A DNA stretch of 64,000 nucleotides from an uncultured Thermococci archaeon (GTDB lineage Archaea > Methanobacteriota_B > Thermococci > Methanofastidiosales > B48-G16): assembly GCA_964595645.1 (NCBI GenBank), contig CAZQQT010000006.1, positions 1-64,000 on the forward strand. The letters run 5' to 3'. The notes below the pieces were generated by a model. It saw nothing but the letters and a program-made list of their open reading frames with translations. It made no database searches and had not been told where the DNA came from. Each line of letters opens with the position of its first letter. Positions within the stretch are counted from its first letter, which is position 1. Below are positions 1 through 10,281 of this stretch, piece after piece. The translations under genes were made by a program, and so were the position numbers.

Positions 1-1993
1 CATTGATGGTCTGGTACCTCACGGTCCACGCGTAGTTGAAGGCATCCTGCCATGTCAGTTCCTCCCATCCCGGCGACGTGACGTACTCGCTGTTGCTGTA
101 CAGCTCCTGGGTAAACTCCTCATCCTCCGCAATAGCGAGGTAGAGGTAGACCAGTGCCGCAGAGACATCGTCATTGTACGCAATGTACCCGTGTTCCACG
201 AGGTATTCGGATTGTTGGAGGATGGTTTCTATTGTCTCACGATCGAGATTGTGTGCAGTGACAGTCTCCCACGACGTTTTTACGCTGTCCATCACCTCGA
301 TAATATCCGGGCCCGTCTGTTGTGTGAAGTTCCCTTCGGAGGTATAGACATCAAAGGTGAAGGATGCAGAAGTGATATGGAGCAGTCCCATATCTTTGTA
401 CACGGTTTTGAGATCGATAAAATTTTGGAGGATCCGTTTCTCTTTGATCACAGCTTTGTTGTCGAGAATATCTGTTCTGAGTTGTTCGACCTCACTATCG
501 GATAGTCCGTAGTCTTGAAATATCTGGTGTACTTCCTCCGGAAAGCCGTGCTCTATCTCACTGAATGCCTCGTCTATCTCTGTATCGGTGAGGTTCTCGA
601 ATGCCTGGATTCCCTCCCGTTGGGAGGCGTCGTGGTAGATCTCGTTCATATAGTGGTGGTTCTGTGCTGAACTTCTCAGCAGCGCTATCTTCGTATCGAG
701 GAGATCGGTGAGCGTGGCATTCTCCTCGTCCTGAATATAGTACCGATCGATTAGATCCAGTTCCTGGTCAATCAGCTGTGATTCCTCCTCCATGTTGCAC
801 GTCCAATCATAGGTCCTTTTTTCCAGTGGACCCACAGTAAAAGATCCTTCCTCTGGCATCCTCAGTATCTCCTTTTCATTTTCAAAAACAAAGTAGTACT
901 CGGATGCTTCATAAGGAACTGATAGACTGTACAACGAGCCGTTCCACTGGTATGGATCATCATCTATATTCTCGAGTTCGTACGGTGTATTATTGATGTA
1001 GATCTTCGCGGTGATCGGTGGATCGTTGTTGAGATCGGTGTAAAGGATCTGGAACTGCATATCATCTGTTACCGTAGTAGTGGGGAGTGAGAGGTGTGCC
1101 GGCGTTTCGGGAACAGTATGGAACATTTGTACATTCCACGAGAGTCTCAGCGGCACCGGTGACACCACACTCTGTGCGGGATTCTCGGAGGTTAGAGAAA
1201 GGATGGATGCGCCGTTGATATACTTTTTGGGTATGGTGACTGTGGTCGTTCCACTCTGAAGATCGGTAGCTGCCTGTTCGTATGAATCCATTAGATCCGT
1301 CGTGTACCGTACCGTTTTCGGGTAGAGGGTTGCTGTTTCCATGTAGTGGACCTTGAAGCAGAAGTCTTTGGTTTTATCGAAGTCAGATCGGCCTTCGGAG
1401 TATCCAGAACCGTAGTACCACTGGGCTCCAGTGACCTCCAGGGTGCACGATCCGTGCAGATCGAGATGCGGAAGATCGAAGGAAACCCACTGCGGTCCTC
1501 CTGTACCCTCCACGGGTTGTTGGGACTGACAGAGGACAGTACCGTTGGGATCCGACAGGCGCATACCGACGGACGTTGGAGATTGAATGAGGGGGACAGT
1601 GAGAGTCTCTGAAGACTCATCGGTGACACCTTCGTTGGGTGTGATGTGGATGCACCGAGATGATCTTGCTGGTACTAGGACGCACACGTCGATCCCAGTG
1701 ATCGTGCCATTGCAGCTGAACCGCTGCGTATGCGTGCCTTCTTTGTACCCCTCAATGTTCGTCTGTGCGATAGTTTGATCGATGTACCCCTCTATAGTTT
1801 CACCTTTCACTGTGAGAACAGCATAATCCGTGTTGTCTGCATTGATAGTAAACATCTCAGTACCCGTACATTCTCCACTAATCTTTTCGATGTATTTCTT
1901 TGGCCTATCGAAGGAATAGACCGGTAGAACCGCAACAACAAGACTTACTATAATGAGCAACGCTGTAAGTTGTATCCTCCCACTCTCTTTCAT
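1..1993 (-). CDS. Large secreted/surface protein of unknown function, 3' end runs off the window (>660 aa)
   Basis: Manual translation from ATG at 1993 (MKESGRIQLTALLIIVSLVVAVLPVYSF...) stays open to base 1; N-terminal signal peptide; absent from the ORF track because it has no stop in the window. Confidence 0.8.
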   Translation of the reverse strand, partial: MKESGRIQLTALLIIVSLVVAVLPVYSFDRPKKYIEKISGECTGTEMFTINADNTDYAVLTVKGETIEGYIDQTIAQTNIEGYKEGTHTQRFSCNGTITGIDVCVLVPARSSRCIHITPNEGVTDESSETLTVPLIQSPTSVGMRLSDPNGTVLCQSQQPVEGTGGPQWVSFDLPHLDLHGSCTLEVTGAQWYYGSGYSEGRSDFDKTKDFCFKVHYMETATLYPKTVRYTTDLMDSYEQAATDLQSGTTTVTIPKKYINGASILSLTSENPAQSVVSPVPLRLSWNVQMFHTVPETPAHLSLPTTTVTDDMQFQILYTDLNNDPPITAKIYINNTPYELENIDDDPYQWNGSLYSLSVPYEASEYYFVFENEKEILRMPEEGSFTVGPLEKRTYDWTCNMEEESQLIDQELDLIDRYYIQDEENATLTDLLDTKIALLRSSAQNHHYMNEIYHDASQREGIQAFENLTDTEIDEAFSEIEHGFPEEVHQIFQDYGLSDSEVEQLRTDILDNKAVIKEKRILQNFIDLKTVYKDMGLLHITSASFTFDVYTSEGNFTQQTGPDIIEVMDSVKTSWETVTAHNLDRETIETILQQSEYLVEHGYIAYNDDVSAALVYLYLAIAEDEEFTQELYSNSEYVTSPGWEELTWQDAFNYAWTVRYQTIN

Positions 1994-2108
1994 ATTCACA
2001 ACTCCCTAGTTAATTACAAACAGATAGTTATTTATAAATGTTTCGGTGAATGTGATCCAATGGCAAAGATATGAATTGCCAGAGTGAATTGTACAGAGAG
2101 ATGGCAAA

Positions 2109-3008
2109 CTAGCTCCATATTTTCACGATTTCCTCTATCTCGTCGTCATTCGGGAGGTATGGGTAGTTGTAAAGTGGTCCTCTGGGGGACTCGGTGTAGT
2201 ACGGCCTGTTACAGCCGGGACAGCCGCGTGTGGTGTAAACCACAGGATTGTAGATATGGTCATTGATATCCACACCGAAGTCCACGATGTTTCCGTGCTC
2301 GAATGTGAAAGTATCTGCGATATCCTCTGTAATTAAGTGGTATGCCAGCTGCAGCTTTTTGTACGTCGTTAACGAGGGTCGTTCTCTCCCTTCCATTGGT
2401 GTGCCCTTCAAAGGTGTGAAGGCAAAGAGAGAAGGTCGTACCTTATGCTCATGGAGATCCTGCATTATATTTACCATCTCCTCCTCTGTCTCACCCAGTC
2501 CCACAATCAGATGGGAGCTCACCTTGAACGGTCCAAAGATCTCCACAGCCTTTTCAATTTTTTTCCAGTGCTCATCCCACGAGTATGTCGGTTTTATTCT
2601 CTGAAAAAGATCGTGGGTGGCACAGTCAAGGCTTATGCCCACTCTTTCTACTTCCTCGGAAAGGACGGTCAGCTCTTCCTCTGAAAATGGTTGTGCGGAG
2701 ACAGAAACGGGGTTATCTATTTTTTTTGCAATTGAATATACATCCTCAAAAAGTCCCGGATAGTTCAAACACTGGATACATACCCGTTCCCCACCGAGAT
2801 GCTCCAGCACCTCTCCCAAAGAATACAAAGGCCAAGTGACCCGGGAAAGCTGTTCTGATGCCGAGTTTCCTGCCTGGATGCAGAACTGACACTCACCTGT
2901 ACAGGATCCTGCAGTCATGAGATACGTAGTGGTAGGAAAACAGTCGATGGTCTTCTCCAACAGCCCGAGCTTTATCGCGGATCCATAGGAAACACGTATT
3001 TTCATCAA
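2109..3008 (-). CDS. lipS2: Archaeal lipoyl synthase subunit LipS2 (radical SAM)
   Basis: CxxxCxxC (CTGECQFC) plus C-terminal TRGCPGCNRP matching the LipS2 TxGCPxC(N/D)RP motif; adjacent to lipS1 and a lipoate ligase domain. Confidence 0.85.
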   Translation of the reverse strand: MMKIRVSYGSAIKLGLLEKTIDCFPTTTYLMTAGSCTGECQFCIQAGNSASEQLSRVTWPLYSLGEVLEHLGGERVCIQCLNYPGLFEDVYSIAKKIDNPVSVSAQPFSEEELTVLSEEVERVGISLDCATHDLFQRIKPTYSWDEHWKKIEKAVEIFGPFKVSSHLIVGLGETEEEMVNIMQDLHEHKVRPSLFAFTPLKGTPMEGRERPSLTTYKKLQLAYHLITEDIADTFTFEHGNIVDFGVDINDHIYNPVVYTTRGCPGCNRPYYTESPRGPLYNYPYLPNDDEIEEIVKIWS

Positions 3009-3013
3009 CTCAC

Positions 3014-3778
3014 CTAAAACACACAGCAGACATTCTTTGAATCTCCCTTTATAAAGGATGGTTTCGCAATGTCAAACCCCAATTCGTACGCTTTTTGTTC
3101 TATTTCCCGATCTCTCGGCCTCATGCATCCAAGTGCGACCTTGTCAAACTCTGAGGCCTTTTCAAACACATCAAGAACATGTTTCTTATCTATCGCTACG
3201 TTCTCCATCGCTGTTCCAGGTGTGGATTTTAACACAAGCAATACAAGTTTTTGTATATCGATACTCGAGAGAATGTCCAATGCCTCGAGTTCTCTCCCAG
3301 CCTTTCCAAAATTGAGATCAATGCAAAGATGGGGAGCGACACCTACGTATTTCGATGCGATCTTCAGGCTTTTGACATATTCTTCTGGTGTTCTCTCCAG
3401 TCCATAAACAGTACGAAGTACGTCCTCATCTACCACAAAATCAAAGGAGACACAGTCCACTCCTGCTTTTTTTAACGCCTTTACTTCTTGTTCATTGATC
3501 AATCCTGCGTGTACATTGATGAGAATATCCTTTTCCTCCTTTAACGTTCGTATTGCCGGTAAAAAGGGACTGAGGGGTACCTTTCCCTGCTGTGTGTAAC
3601 CTCCTGAGATAAGGACGCCGTTGAGATTCTCCCTCCTGCAGAGTGTAAGGAGGCTCTCTGGCATGACAGGAGTCATATGCTGCAGATACACTCCCCCACA
3701 GTGTTTGCAGTTCAATGCACACTGCTCTCCCGTAACAGACACAGCGGGAAACAATCGGTTTGTTGGATTATACAGCAT
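3014..3778 (-). CDS. lipS1: Archaeal lipoyl synthase subunit LipS1 (radical SAM)
   Basis: CALNCKHC radical SAM motif, GCMR motif and terminal CC (NVCCVF) characteristic of LipS1; ATG 3778 preferred over TTG 3790. Confidence 0.85.
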   Translation of the reverse strand: MLYNPTNRLFPAVSVTGEQCALNCKHCGGVYLQHMTPVMPESLLTLCRRENLNGVLISGGYTQQGKVPLSPFLPAIRTLKEEKDILINVHAGLINEQEVKALKKAGVDCVSFDFVVDEDVLRTVYGLERTPEEYVKSLKIASKYVGVAPHLCIDLNFGKAGRELEALDILSSIDIQKLVLLVLKSTPGTAMENVAIDKKHVLDVFEKASEFDKVALGCMRPRDREIEQKAYELGFDIAKPSFIKGDSKNVCCVF

Positions 3779-4040
3779 TGGTTTCGCCAAAAGCCTTTTT
3801 TAGTAGTATCTTAAAATCGGTTAAAGTAATTCCTGGGGCTTTTACACCATCTAAAAAGTTTTCGACTACAGTAACCGCATCTTTTTCTGTTTTCCCTTTT
3901 AGAGTTCTTTCAAGATCGAACAGTGCTCCCTCTGGATAGATAAAAAAATCTCCTGTGATCTTCAGATCCCGTATTGTTGAATTTTTTATCGTGACATCCA
4001 TTTTTATGAGGCCACCCTGCGCTTTGTGTTCAATCATCAT
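3768..4040 (-). CDS. Stand-alone lipoate-protein ligase C-terminal domain (Lpl-C/LplB)
   Basis: KAQGGLIK...ITGDFFIYPEGALFDLERTLKG pattern; first gene of the lipS operon. Confidence 0.8.
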   Translation of the reverse strand: MMIEHKAQGGLIKMDVTIKNSTIRDLKITGDFFIYPEGALFDLERTLKGKTEKDAVTVVENFLDGVKAPGITLTDFKILLKKAFGETNAV

Positions 4041-4118
4041 TACGCATGTAACAGGGGGAATACTTTAAAAAGATGGCGGAAGCACCAACCTTTTTAACCT
4101 CTCTGTGTACAACATAGC

Positions 4119-4532
4119 ATGCTAGAAAAAAAACTCAACGACAACACGATCTTCCTGCGAGTCGATCCTGATGAGGAGGTTATCTCGGCAATAGAAGAAG
4201 TCTGCAAAAAGTACGATCTGAATGCTGGAAAGATCGAAGGAATTGGGACACTGAAAAACGCTGTACTGGGATACTACACAGGAAAAGAATACGAAAAGAT
4301 AGAGATGGAAGAGGACGTGGAGCTCATTTCGTGTATAGGAGATATCTCTACGGATGGTGAGAAGTATGTAGTGCATCTCCACGCGGCACTCAGTGACGAT
4401 GGAGGAGATAGCATAGCAGGCCATCTCTTTGAAGGAATCGTCTCCTTCACAGGTGAGTTCTTTATCACGTTTTTTCCGGAGAGACTAAAAAGAGTGTACG
4501 ATCCTGAGACAGAACTCAAGCTCATTGAGTAA
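4119..4532 (+). CDS. PPC/DUF296 domain protein
   Basis: GIGTL, ELISCIGDI, HLHAAL and GHL motifs. Confidence 0.85.
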   Translation: MLEKKLNDNTIFLRVDPDEEVISAIEEVCKKYDLNAGKIEGIGTLKNAVLGYYTGKEYEKIEMEEDVELISCIGDISTDGEKYVVHLHAALSDDGGDSIAGHLFEGIVSFTGEFFITFFPERLKRVYDPETELKLIE

Positions 4533-4578
4533 CCTTTATAAAGCGTAAGAAAAAGATGCATTATAGAGAGGAGATACT

Positions 4579-4749
4579 ATGGCAAAAAGAAAGAAAAAGA
4601 AAAGTGAAGGTGGAATGCCTGCGACAGGTGCCGGATTGATACGGTACTTCGATGAGGAAACAGAGGGGATCAAGATGAGCCCCTACATTGCAGTAGGAAT
4701 ATGTATTGCAGTAGGAGTGGCTATTGTCGCCCTCCAAATACTCAGGTGA
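4579..4749 (+). CDS. secG: Preprotein translocase subunit Sec61beta (56 aa)
   Basis: Manual translation MAKRKKKKSEGGMPATGAGLIRYFDEETEGIKMSPYIAVGICIAVGVAIVALQILR; AGLIRYFDEE signature plus C-terminal TM helix. Confidence 0.9.
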   Translation: MAKRKKKKSEGGMPATGAGLIRYFDEETEGIKMSPYIAVGICIAVGVAIVALQILR

Positions 4750-4757
4750 AAGGATAG

Positions 4758-5867
4758 ATGGATACCACTTTATTTCTTATTTTATTTATAGTATTAGGAT
4801 TCTGGACTGTACTGAATTTCTTCTCCTCAGCACTGAAGGAACGAGACATTGAGGTGACGGCGTTCACACTGCTGTGGAGAACACAGCGATTCACAGAGGT
4901 AATCAATGCTATCTCGGAAAAATTTGGACGATTCTGGGATTATTTTGGAAAAATTGGTATTATAACTTCAGTAGCTGGATCGGGAGCCGCAATCTTTCTT
5001 TTAGCTAAACAAATCCTTAAAATAATTGAAAAACCAGAAACACATGGAGGTGTCACATTAGCAATTCCCGGTCTAACGATTCCACTTTGGTACGGACTGA
5101 TTGGGATTGTGACGCTGGTCGTTGTCCACGAGTGTGCCCATGGTGTGATCGCACGACGGGAGGACGTTCCATTAAAATCAGTGGGTGCAGGAATCTTTAT
5201 CGCGTTACCCTTAGCGTTCGTAGAGCCGGAGGAGGAAGAAATCCAAAAAACTTCTCCGTGGACACGAATGAAAGTCTACGGCGCGGGCTCCACCGCCAAT
5301 TTTGCCCTAGGTATCATCGCATTTCTCCTTCTCACCGCATGTAATCCCCTCATAATCCAGAATGGCATCGAAATCCAAGAAGTGCAGGAGGGAATGCCTG
5401 CAGAAGGGATTCTCAACGAGGGAATGATTATCTACAGTGTGAATGGTGAGAAATTCCAGACTCAAAGTGAATTTTCAGCTATTATGGACAAGTTTGGACC
5501 TGGAGATACTATTACATTGGACACAAACAAAGGATCGAAAGAAATCACACTCACTGAGAATCCAGAGGATCCAACAAAGGGATATATCGGCATATACCTA
5601 AAAACGCATTTGACAACAAAGTACGGTGGGTTCTTACTGCCGATATACTTCTCACTCTACTGGATATTTGTATTGAATATCGGCATCGGGCTTGTCAATC
5701 TCCTCCCCATTGCACCCTTCCTCGATGGTGGAAAAATTGTAAAGGAGCTGATAGAGCTGAAAATCCCCAAACCTGTATCCACAGGACTATCCGTGATACT
5801 CACGCTATTTTCCGTATCACTACTGGTACTGAACTTTTTCCCTGAACTCCTCAAGATGGTTGTATGA
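4758..5867 (+). CDS. Site-2 protease (M50 family) with PDZ domain
   Basis: HECAH, AFVEP and NLLPIAPFLDGG motifs; multiple TM segments. Confidence 0.9.
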   Translation: MDTTLFLILFIVLGFWTVLNFFSSALKERDIEVTAFTLLWRTQRFTEVINAISEKFGRFWDYFGKIGIITSVAGSGAAIFLLAKQILKIIEKPETHGGVTLAIPGLTIPLWYGLIGIVTLVVVHECAHGVIARREDVPLKSVGAGIFIALPLAFVEPEEEEIQKTSPWTRMKVYGAGSTANFALGIIAFLLLTACNPLIIQNGIEIQEVQEGMPAEGILNEGMIIYSVNGEKFQTQSEFSAIMDKFGPGDTITLDTNKGSKEITLTENPEDPTKGYIGIYLKTHLTTKYGGFLLPIYFSLYWIFVLNIGIGLVNLLPIAPFLDGGKIVKELIELKIPKPVSTGLSVILTLFSVSLLVLNFFPELLKMVV

Positions 5868-6067
5868 TAACGGTAAAGCTTCTCCGGGAAGGTACGGAAG
5901 AACAGATCCCATGTGAGGAGAATCTCACTGTGGAGGATGTGCTGGAAAAATGTAAGTATACTACTGAAACAGCGGTGGTCCAGCGAGACGGGAAAATACT
6001 CACAGAAGACGAAGTTGTGGACGATAACGATACTGTTCAGATTATTCCTGTGGTGTCTGGTGGGTAG
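5864..6067 (+). CDS. Ubiquitin-like sulfur carrier (SAMP/MoaD/ThiS family)
   Basis: 67 aa ending in VVSGG; directly upstream of NcsA/TtuA. Confidence 0.9.
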   Translation: MITVKLLREGTEEQIPCEENLTVEDVLEKCKYTTETAVVQRDGKILTEDEVVDDNDTVQIIPVVSGG

Positions 6068-6967
6068 ATGTACTGCACATGCGGAAGAAAGGCAATATTA
6101 TTCAGGAGATATTCGGGGGAGAAACTCTGTAAACGATGTTTCAATAGAAGTATAAAAGATCGGGTAAAGAAGGCGGTGAGAAAATACTCGTTGATAGATA
6201 GAGAGGATCGGATCGGGGTTGCTGTCTCCGGTGGGAAGGACAGCCTCGTACTCCTCCATCTCCTGAAGAAGTTGTCAGAGAAATACCCCTTTGAGCTTCT
6301 TGCCATCACCATTGACGAAGGAATAGAAGGATACAGAGACAAATCAATTGAGCTGGTAAAAGAGAACTGTCGGAAATTAAATGTTGAAAGTAAGGTATTC
6401 TCCTTTAAAAAAGAGATGGGATACACTATGGACGAAATAGCGAAAAAAAACACCGAAATGGGACCATGTTCGTACTGTGGTGTATTCAGAAGGTATCTGC
6501 TCAATCAAAAAGCACGAGAACTCGAGTGTGACAAGCTTGCTGTCGGACACAATCTCGACGACGAGGTCCAGACGATCCTGATGAACTTCCTCCGAGGAGA
6601 CCTCTCTCGATTTGGGAGGACAGGAACGTTCTATGTCTACGTTGATGAAAAGTTTGTGCCGCGGATCAAGCCGCTGCGGGAGATCCCAGAGAAAGAAAAT
6701 GTTGTCTACGCACTTGCGAATGACATCCCAGTAGATTTTTCACCCTGCCCCTATGCAGAAGAAGCCTACAGGAATGATATACGGGAGTTCCTGAATGAGA
6801 TGGAGGTAAAACGTCCTACGACAAAATACACACTTCTCCGCTCATACGAAAAAATCCACGCCATGATTGCGGAGGATCTGGCGGAGGAGGTACAGTACTG
6901 TGAAAAGTGCAGCGAGCCTACTATTGGAGAGAGATGTACCCGGTGTAAACTTCTAGAGACCCTCTAA
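6068..6967 (+). CDS. ncsA: tRNA 2-thiouridine synthetase (NcsA/TtuA, TIGR00269-type)
   Basis: PP-loop SGGKDS, CSYCGVFRR, GHNLDD, N- and C-terminal Zn fingers. Confidence 0.85.
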   Translation: MYCTCGRKAILFRRYSGEKLCKRCFNRSIKDRVKKAVRKYSLIDREDRIGVAVSGGKDSLVLLHLLKKLSEKYPFELLAITIDEGIEGYRDKSIELVKENCRKLNVESKVFSFKKEMGYTMDEIAKKNTEMGPCSYCGVFRRYLLNQKARELECDKLAVGHNLDDEVQTILMNFLRGDLSRFGRTGTFYVYVDEKFVPRIKPLREIPEKENVVYALANDIPVDFSPCPYAEEAYRNDIREFLNEMEVKRPTTKYTLLRSYEKIHAMIAEDLAEEVQYCEKCSEPTIGERCTRCKLLETL

Positions 6968-8484
6968 CAGGGTTCGATTGTTTGGGGAGGTTTGTTCGAG
7001 ATAAAGTATGCCACAGACACAACTTCGGGGAGCTCATTGGTAATACGCGTGGAGATTCTCTCGAGAAGATCCCAGTGCAGTTTCGCAAAGTTGGCAGTCA
7101 TTGCTTCTTTACTTTCCACGATCCGCAGTCCAATAATTCGTCCATATTTCCGCTGATCACCGACTACACCAACAACTCTGTCCTCTAATACTACAGCAAA
7201 GGCCTGCCAGAGATCGTAGAACACACCCGCTTCTTTAAGCGCCTCCTCTAATATGGAGGAGGCTTCTCTACACAGGTCTATATTCTCCTCAGTCACCTCA
7301 CCGGTAACGCGTACAGCCAGTCCGGGACCAGGAAATGGATGCTGTTCAATAATCTCCTTTGGTATTCCTAATTTTTTCCCTATCTTCCTCACCTCGTCCT
7401 TATAGAGATATGCCAAAGGTTCAATAAGCTCAAGATCAACAGTTTCCGGAAGTCCGCCCACATTGTGATGGGATTTTATTGTGTCCGCTGTCTTGGATCC
7501 CGACTCTATCACATCGGGATAAATCGTCCCCTGGATTAAAAATTCTGCCTCCTCCTTTCGAGCCTGTTCCTCAAAAATACGGATAAACTCCTCACCAATT
7601 ATTTTTCTTTTTGTTTCAGCGTCTCTCACACCTTTAAGTTTTGCAAAAAACTTTTCTTTTGCGTCTATTCTCACAAATTTCAAATCAAACTCTTTGAATA
7701 TCTTTTGGACGCTATTCGCTTCATTTTTTCTTAAAAATCCAGTATCCACAAACACCGCGGTGAGATTTTCTCCTATTGCCTTCGATGCAAGCACTGCTGC
7801 CACTGAAGAATCTACTCCTCCTGAAAGCGCAATAATGGCCTTTTTATCTCCTACGCTCTCGTTGATATCATCGATCGTATGTGCTATAAAATCTTCCATA
7901 TTCCAGTCCTTTTCGGCGTTGCACACTCTAAAAAGGAAGTTGTTGAGCATCGTCATTCCGTTCTCTGTATGTGTTACCTCTGGATGCCATTGAAGTGCAT
8001 ACACATACTTATGGCGGAAGGCTGCATACTCACAGTTCTCTGATGATGCGAGCACATCAAACTCCTTGGGAAGCTCGAGAACCTTATCTCCGTGACTCAT
8101 CCACACCGTCTGTTTCTTTCCGAGTCCGACGAAGAGCGCATCTGGATCGCGTATCGTTACCGATGTAATTCCATACTCTCTCCGTTCACCTGCTCCTATG
8201 CGCCCTCCAAAGTAGTGTGCAATAAGATGAAGCCCATAACAAAGTCCGAGGACAGGAATTTCTTCTGCGAGGATCCAGTCCCAGATATCTTCACTAAGAA
8301 AGGGAGCATCGTCATCATAAACAGATTTAGGCCCTCCAGAGAGTATAATACCGTCCGGATCCAAGGATTTGATACGTTCCAACTCCGTAAACGGGAATAC
8401 TATCTCCGATCTCACGTCAAGTTCTCGTATTCTTCGGGAGATAAGATGTGTATACTGACCCCCAAAGTCTATTACTACAATCAT
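6964..8484 (-). CDS. guaA: GMP synthase, glutamine-hydrolysing (fused GATase + ATPPase)
   Basis: DFGGQY, GLCYG, QWHPEV, SGGVDS, IKSHHNVGGLP, PFPGPGL. Confidence 0.95.
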   Translation of the reverse strand: MIVVIDFGGQYTHLISRRIRELDVRSEIVFPFTELERIKSLDPDGIILSGGPKSVYDDDAPFLSEDIWDWILAEEIPVLGLCYGLHLIAHYFGGRIGAGERREYGITSVTIRDPDALFVGLGKKQTVWMSHGDKVLELPKEFDVLASSENCEYAAFRHKYVYALQWHPEVTHTENGMTMLNNFLFRVCNAEKDWNMEDFIAHTIDDINESVGDKKAIIALSGGVDSSVAAVLASKAIGENLTAVFVDTGFLRKNEANSVQKIFKEFDLKFVRIDAKEKFFAKLKGVRDAETKRKIIGEEFIRIFEEQARKEEAEFLIQGTIYPDVIESGSKTADTIKSHHNVGGLPETVDLELIEPLAYLYKDEVRKIGKKLGIPKEIIEQHPFPGPGLAVRVTGEVTEENIDLCREASSILEEALKEAGVFYDLWQAFAVVLEDRVVGVVGDQRKYGRIIGLRIVESKEAMTANFAKLHWDLLERISTRITNELPEVVSVAYFISNKPPQTIEPC

Positions 8485-8641
8485 AATAATAATAGAGAAG
8501 GGCAGAATAAAAATATATTTCCTAAAATTACTAACTGATGAGTTAGTAAAGGCATCATATTCCGGTTTATTGTTAAGAAAAACTTAAATATAAAGAAATC
8601 CAGGTAAGTATATAAGAAGGTATCAACAAGGAGATGAGCAT

Positions 8642-9265
8642 ATGGACATTCCTCGAGGAGAAATTGTATTGGAGTCCCCGTTAGAGTTTATAAATCTACG
8701 AAACACACTTGGAAAATTCAAAGAGAATGGCTACCTGGAAGTATTGATCTCAGGAGAAAACTTAGAAGAAGGTTACGTGTTTCTTGAATCAGGAAGTATC
8801 ATAGGGATATTCTACGAAGGCCACAGAGAAGGAGAGCCGGTGGAGTGTATCAAAGAGATGTTACACGACCAGCCAGCGATAATTCTTCACAAACTCTCAG
8901 ATACACAGCTAGACGTGGTAAAAGATGTCTACTCATTGGACGAGAAACACGACATGAGCGAACTTCTGGAGGCTGGAGAAGCAGCTAAAGAAGAAGCAGC
9001 GGAGGGAGCCGAAGTAACAGGAACTGAAACTCTCGCAGACTGGGAACGAAAAGTTCCTATTATCCGCAGTGCGGGACAGATGGGTGCTGTTGGGAAGAAA
9101 GAGCTTCTGGAAGGCGTGGAAAAGTACATAAGAAATATACTGAAATACGTCGATGGAAAAAGGACAATGAAAGAGATATCCAAGGAATGTGGGGAGCCCG
9201 TAGAAGACGTGATCGGAGTTATTGAACCGTACAGAGAGACAGGCTATATACGGTATAAAGAGTGA
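8642..9265 (+). CDS. DUF2226-like protein with C-terminal winged helix
   Basis: N-terminal MDIPRGE...GYLEV...EGYVFLESG pattern; C-terminal VDGKRTMKEISKECG wHTH. Confidence 0.55.
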   Translation: MDIPRGEIVLESPLEFINLRNTLGKFKENGYLEVLISGENLEEGYVFLESGSIIGIFYEGHREGEPVECIKEMLHDQPAIILHKLSDTQLDVVKDVYSLDEKHDMSELLEAGEAAKEEAAEGAEVTGTETLADWERKVPIIRSAGQMGAVGKKELLEGVEKYIRNILKYVDGKRTMKEISKECGEPVEDVIGVIEPYRETGYIRYKE

Positions 9266-9267
9266 GA

Positions 9268-10281
9268 CTACGAAACATCATTTAAAGTATCGAGGACATA
9301 CCGAATGTCTTCTTCCTCTATCCCGTAATGTGTGACCATTCTCACTTTTCTTTTTCCAAAGGCTCCTGCCTTTATCCCATGGTTGTTAATTGTAGAAATA
9401 AATTCTTTACTGTTTTCTACTTCGAAAATCACGATATTTGTCTGAACGGTTGAGAGATCGATAGTGAATCCACGATCGTGTAACCCTTCAGCAAGGAGTC
9501 TCGCATTCCGGTGATCCTCTTCAAGCCGATCAATCATCTCTTCCAGTGCAACGATACCAGGTGCGGCAATTATCCCAGCCTGTCGCATTCCGCCTCCCAG
9601 CATCTTTCGGTTTCTCCTCGCTTTTTCTATGAACTTTTCATTGCCACATATTAACGATCCTACGGGACATGCAAGTCCTTTTGAGAGACAGAACATCACG
9701 CTATCAACATACTGCGTCATCTTTCGAGGGGCTATTCCTTGTGCGACCGCGGAGTTAAAAATTCGTGCACCGTCCATATGAAGCCTTAGTCCATTATCCT
9801 CTGTTACATCACTCACTGTTCTTATCTGCGTAGGTGTCCAGCAGGTGCCTCCCGCTCTATTGTGTGTATTTTCGATGCATACGAGGCTCGTTTGCGGCAT
9901 GTGGATGTTGTGCGGTCTCACTGCTTCCTCAACATCCGTTGGATCCAGTACTCCATTCGTGCCAAGTAGAGCGTGTACCATCAACCCTCCTATCGCAGCA
10001 ATACTTCCGACTTCATACCAGTATATATGACTCTCCGACTCCAGAATGACCTCTTCTCCTCTCTCCGTATGGGCGAGCACACTTGTGAGGTTCCCTTGTG
10101 TTCCACTAGTAACGAGCAATGCTGCCTCTTTGCCCATCATCTGCGCGGCCCGTTCCTCAAGTTGGTTGACTGTTGGATCCTCACCGTACACATCGTCTCC
10201 CAGCTCTGCCTCCATTATCGCCTTCATCATTTCTTCGGAGGGTTTCGTGACAGTGTCACTTCTCAGATCGACTGTTCTCAT
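9268..10281 (-). CDS. ltaE: Low-specificity L-threonine aldolase
   Basis: DLRSDTVT, GDDVYGEDPT, ENTHN, HMDGAR, CLSKGL, GGGMRQAG. Confidence 0.95.
   Translation of the reverse strand: MRTVDLRSDTVTKPSEEMMKAIMEAELGDDVYGEDPTVNQLEERAAQMMGKEAALLVTSGTQGNLTSVLAHTERGEEVILESESHIYWYEVGSIAAIGGLMVHALLGTNGVLDPTDVEEAVRPHNIHMPQTSLVCIENTHNRAGGTCWTPTQIRTVSDVTEDNGLRLHMDGARIFNSAVAQGIAPRKMTQYVDSVMFCLSKGLACPVGSLICGNEKFIEKARRNRKMLGGGMRQAGIIAAPGIVALEEMIDRLEEDHRNARLLAEGLHDRGFTIDLSTVQTNIVIFEVENSKEFISTINNHGIKAGAFGKRKVRMVTHYGIEEEDIRYVLDTLNDVS

Noticed and set aside
191-1927. Short ORFs listed in 191-1927, and similar antisense ORFs throughout the track
   Set aside because: They are shadows of longer, motif-bearing genes on the opposite strand or in another frame.
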